From assembly GCF_006345805.1 (NCBI RefSeq), contig NW_021828396.1:1-8398 (forward strand): 8,398 bases of DNA, given 5' to 3'. This document shows, in pieces, positions 6,660-8,398 of this stretch. The position numbers and the translations under genes are program-made. The notes under the pieces are model-generated. The model worked only from the letters and a program-made list of their open reading frames with translations, was not told the DNA's origin and searched no databases. Positions within the stretch are counted from its first letter, which is position 1, and the number at the start of each line of letters is the position of its first letter. The stretch is from Octopus sinensis. Taxonomy: Eukaryota.

Positions 6660-6730
6660 ATTCAAGTGTGCACTTACTTACATACACACACACACACACA
6701 CACATACACACACATACACACACATATATA
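6602..6730. repeat. Compound (TA)n-(GA)15-(CA)n microsatellite
   Basis: Direct reading: TA 6602-6626, GA 6627-6656, CA about 6683-6723. Confidence 0.95.
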
Positions 6731-6813
6731 TGAATAATATAAAATATGTATGTAAGGGTTTATATATGTAGGGATATATAATATGTATATTTGTATGTGT
6801 AGCTAGATATTGA

Positions 6814-7445
6814 GCTTTTATTAACTATTGTCGCAATCTCACTTATCGAACTTTTTGCACCAAACTAATTGGAAGTGTTCGATCCAACGTAAGAAATTTT
6901 GTAATAACTAAAGGATATAAAGGTAAGTTAAGCAGTGTAAGCGAATGATTTATCTACCCTGTATACGAATTTAGATCGGAAGCTGACGACGGATGCAATA
7001 TTTAAAATAATGGAAATAAATTATATTTCCACTCAATGCGATGTAGACTTTATGTCCGTTATTAGTCTTAATGATTATACAAACTGGAATAAAAAAAAAG
7101 ATAAGCTATACGAGTTAATTAGGTTTGTTATAGATAATATATAGATTTTATTTGCAGGTAAATTATTAAACACAATGTACGGTATTCCCATGGGATGTAA
7201 TTGTAGTCCTTCGTTTGCTAATTTGTGCTTGGCAAATTGCAAATTTAGTTCCGTTAATGATTTATGGAAACGGAAAAAAACTGGGTTTAATGAGAGAGTT
7301 TAGTGGTTGTTGCAGATAAATAAAGTATGTTCTCGTTCCCAATTACAATTTTTAAGAATTATTTACCGTGTAAAAATTTATTCTAAGAATTTGAAAGCAA
7401 GCAGAAATGGTACTGATGTAACCTGGAATGAGATTATTGGATGCG
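6814..7445 (+). pseudogene. Fossil Penelope-like element reverse transcriptase
   Basis: From 6947 one frame reads DLSTLYTNL...DKLYELIRFVIDNI*ILFAGKLLNTMYGIPMGCNCSPSFANLCL. These match PLE RT motifs DFSTLYT and G.PMG..SP..ANL, with only one stop between them. Shifted frames give INYCRNLTYR (6820), CR*IKYVL at the RYIDD position (7311-7334), IYSKNL (7376) and LLD (7434). Confidence 0.8.
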
Positions 7446-7749
7446 TGTTTAGTTGGAAGTGATTTGGTATGGCTGACTGAACATTGGAGCTGTTTTGTCG
7501 AGTACTTTTTGGCACTAGAGGTAAATACACGCACGGGTCAGACATATAGGCATACAGACAGAACGAGAGACATTACAATTTATGAACTAAACACGATTGA
7601 TATGAACACTTTCCCTCACCCCATAAAAATAAAATATGTTCACACACGTATGAGACCGAGAGAGGAGGAGGGGGACATTAAAATTCATCAACTGAGCACG
7701 CGTGACGGAAATGATTTCCCCGCTCCTCAGACACTTGAAAAGAAATATT

Positions 7750-7756
7750 TAGATAA

Positions 7757-7833
<77 letters not shown>

Positions 7834-7977
7834 CAGACAGACGGACGGACGGACGGACAGACAGACAGACAGATAGACAGACAGATAGACAGAAAGACAG
7901 ACAGACAGACAGACAGACAAGAAGATAGATACAATACATACATACATACACATACATACATACATACATACATACAT
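7750..7977. repeat. Compound tetranucleotide array (GATA)n-(GACA)-(GACG)n-mixed GACA/GATA-(TACA)n
   Basis: Direct reading. It explains ORFs 7678..8019, 7727..8041 and 7749..7973. Confidence 0.97.
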
Positions 7978-7981
7978 AGAC

Positions 7982-8136
7982 ACGACGGTCTTCTTTCTTT
8001 TTCTGTCTACCAAATCCACTCACAAGGCTTTGGTCGGCCAAAGGCTATAGTAAAAGACACTTGCCCAAGGTGCCACGCAGCGGGATTGAAACCGGAACCA
8101 TGTGGTTCGTAAGCAAGCTTCTTACCACACAGCCAC
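7982..8136 (-). mobile_element. tRNA-derived SINE (best-preserved copy of its family in the window)
   Basis: Minus-strand head GTGGCTGTGTGGTAAGAAGCTTGCTTACGAACCACATGGTTCC, B box GGTTTCAATCCC at 8082-8093. Its 3' end abuts the (TATG)n repeat. Confidence 0.9.
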
Positions 8137-8214
8137 GATCAGCTTTTGCTTATTTTTAATGGCTCATATGTGGCTTCCACGTTGTAAGCGAGGAGGTGGG
8201 GAGAACAAGAAAAA

Positions 8215-8398
8215 ACTGGAACTCCGTCGGTTGCGACGATGAGGGTTCCAGTTGATCCGATCAACGGAACAGCTTGCTCGTGAAATTAACATACAAGTGG
8301 CTGAGTACTCCACAGACACGTGTACCTTTAACGTAGTTCTCAGGGAGATTCAGCTCGACACAGAATGTGACAAGGCTGGCCCTTTGATATACATCTAC
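8215..8398 (+). mobile_element. 3' part of another abundant retroposon (SINE body or LINE-derived tail), running to the window edge
   Basis: gggttccagttgatccgatcaacggaacag...gtggctgagtactccacagacacgtgtac...gtgacaaggctggccctttga is a repeat I recognise from memory from octopus genomes. It has no second copy in this window. Confidence 0.6.

Noticed and set aside
6983-6989. CTGACGA hammerhead-like heptamer
   Set aside because: It lies inside the RT coding fossil and has no stem II/GAAA/NUH arrangement.
7141-7165. Splice-acceptor-like ttttatttgcag|gt
   Set aside because: It falls within the in-frame PLE RT segment (ILFAGK) and no host-like exon follows.
1-8398. CRISPR array, prokaryotic operon or genuine tRNA genes
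   Set aside because: No regularly spaced repeat-spacer units or bacterial gene organisation. The tRNA-like segments lack full cloverleaves and continue into SINE bodies.

Overview
AT-rich eukaryotic genomic DNA, mostly intron-like. It is dense in microsatellites and tRNA-headed SINEs that I recognise from memory as octopus-type (the organism is an inference, not verified). No complete gene is present, and most ORFs in the track are artefacts of simple repeats. Supportable contents: (i) a complete type I hammerhead ribozyme on the + strand (core 1206-1278), mostly embedded in the right arm of a 116-bp inverted repeat (1016-1131/1214-1329, 5 mismatches); (ii) a probable first coding exon (ATG 1720 to donor GTAAGT 1817) whose peptide resembles the start of a class B GPCR hormone-binding domain; (iii) a second, decayed minimal hammerhead of the Penelope type (2263-2295); (iv) about seven SINE copies; (v) a full-length degenerate 5S rRNA copy (- strand) with a SINE inserted in its 3' end (8-bp TSD); (vi) a 5'-truncated L1/Tx1-type LINE (- strand) with zf-RVT CCHC knuckle, two frameshifts, a (TATC)n tail and a 10-bp TSD; (vii) a fossil Penelope-like reverse transcriptase (about 6814-7445) missed by the ORF track. 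The best candidate for an undescribed system is the ribozyme plus its antisense arm, lying just upstream of a splice acceptor of the putative host gene.
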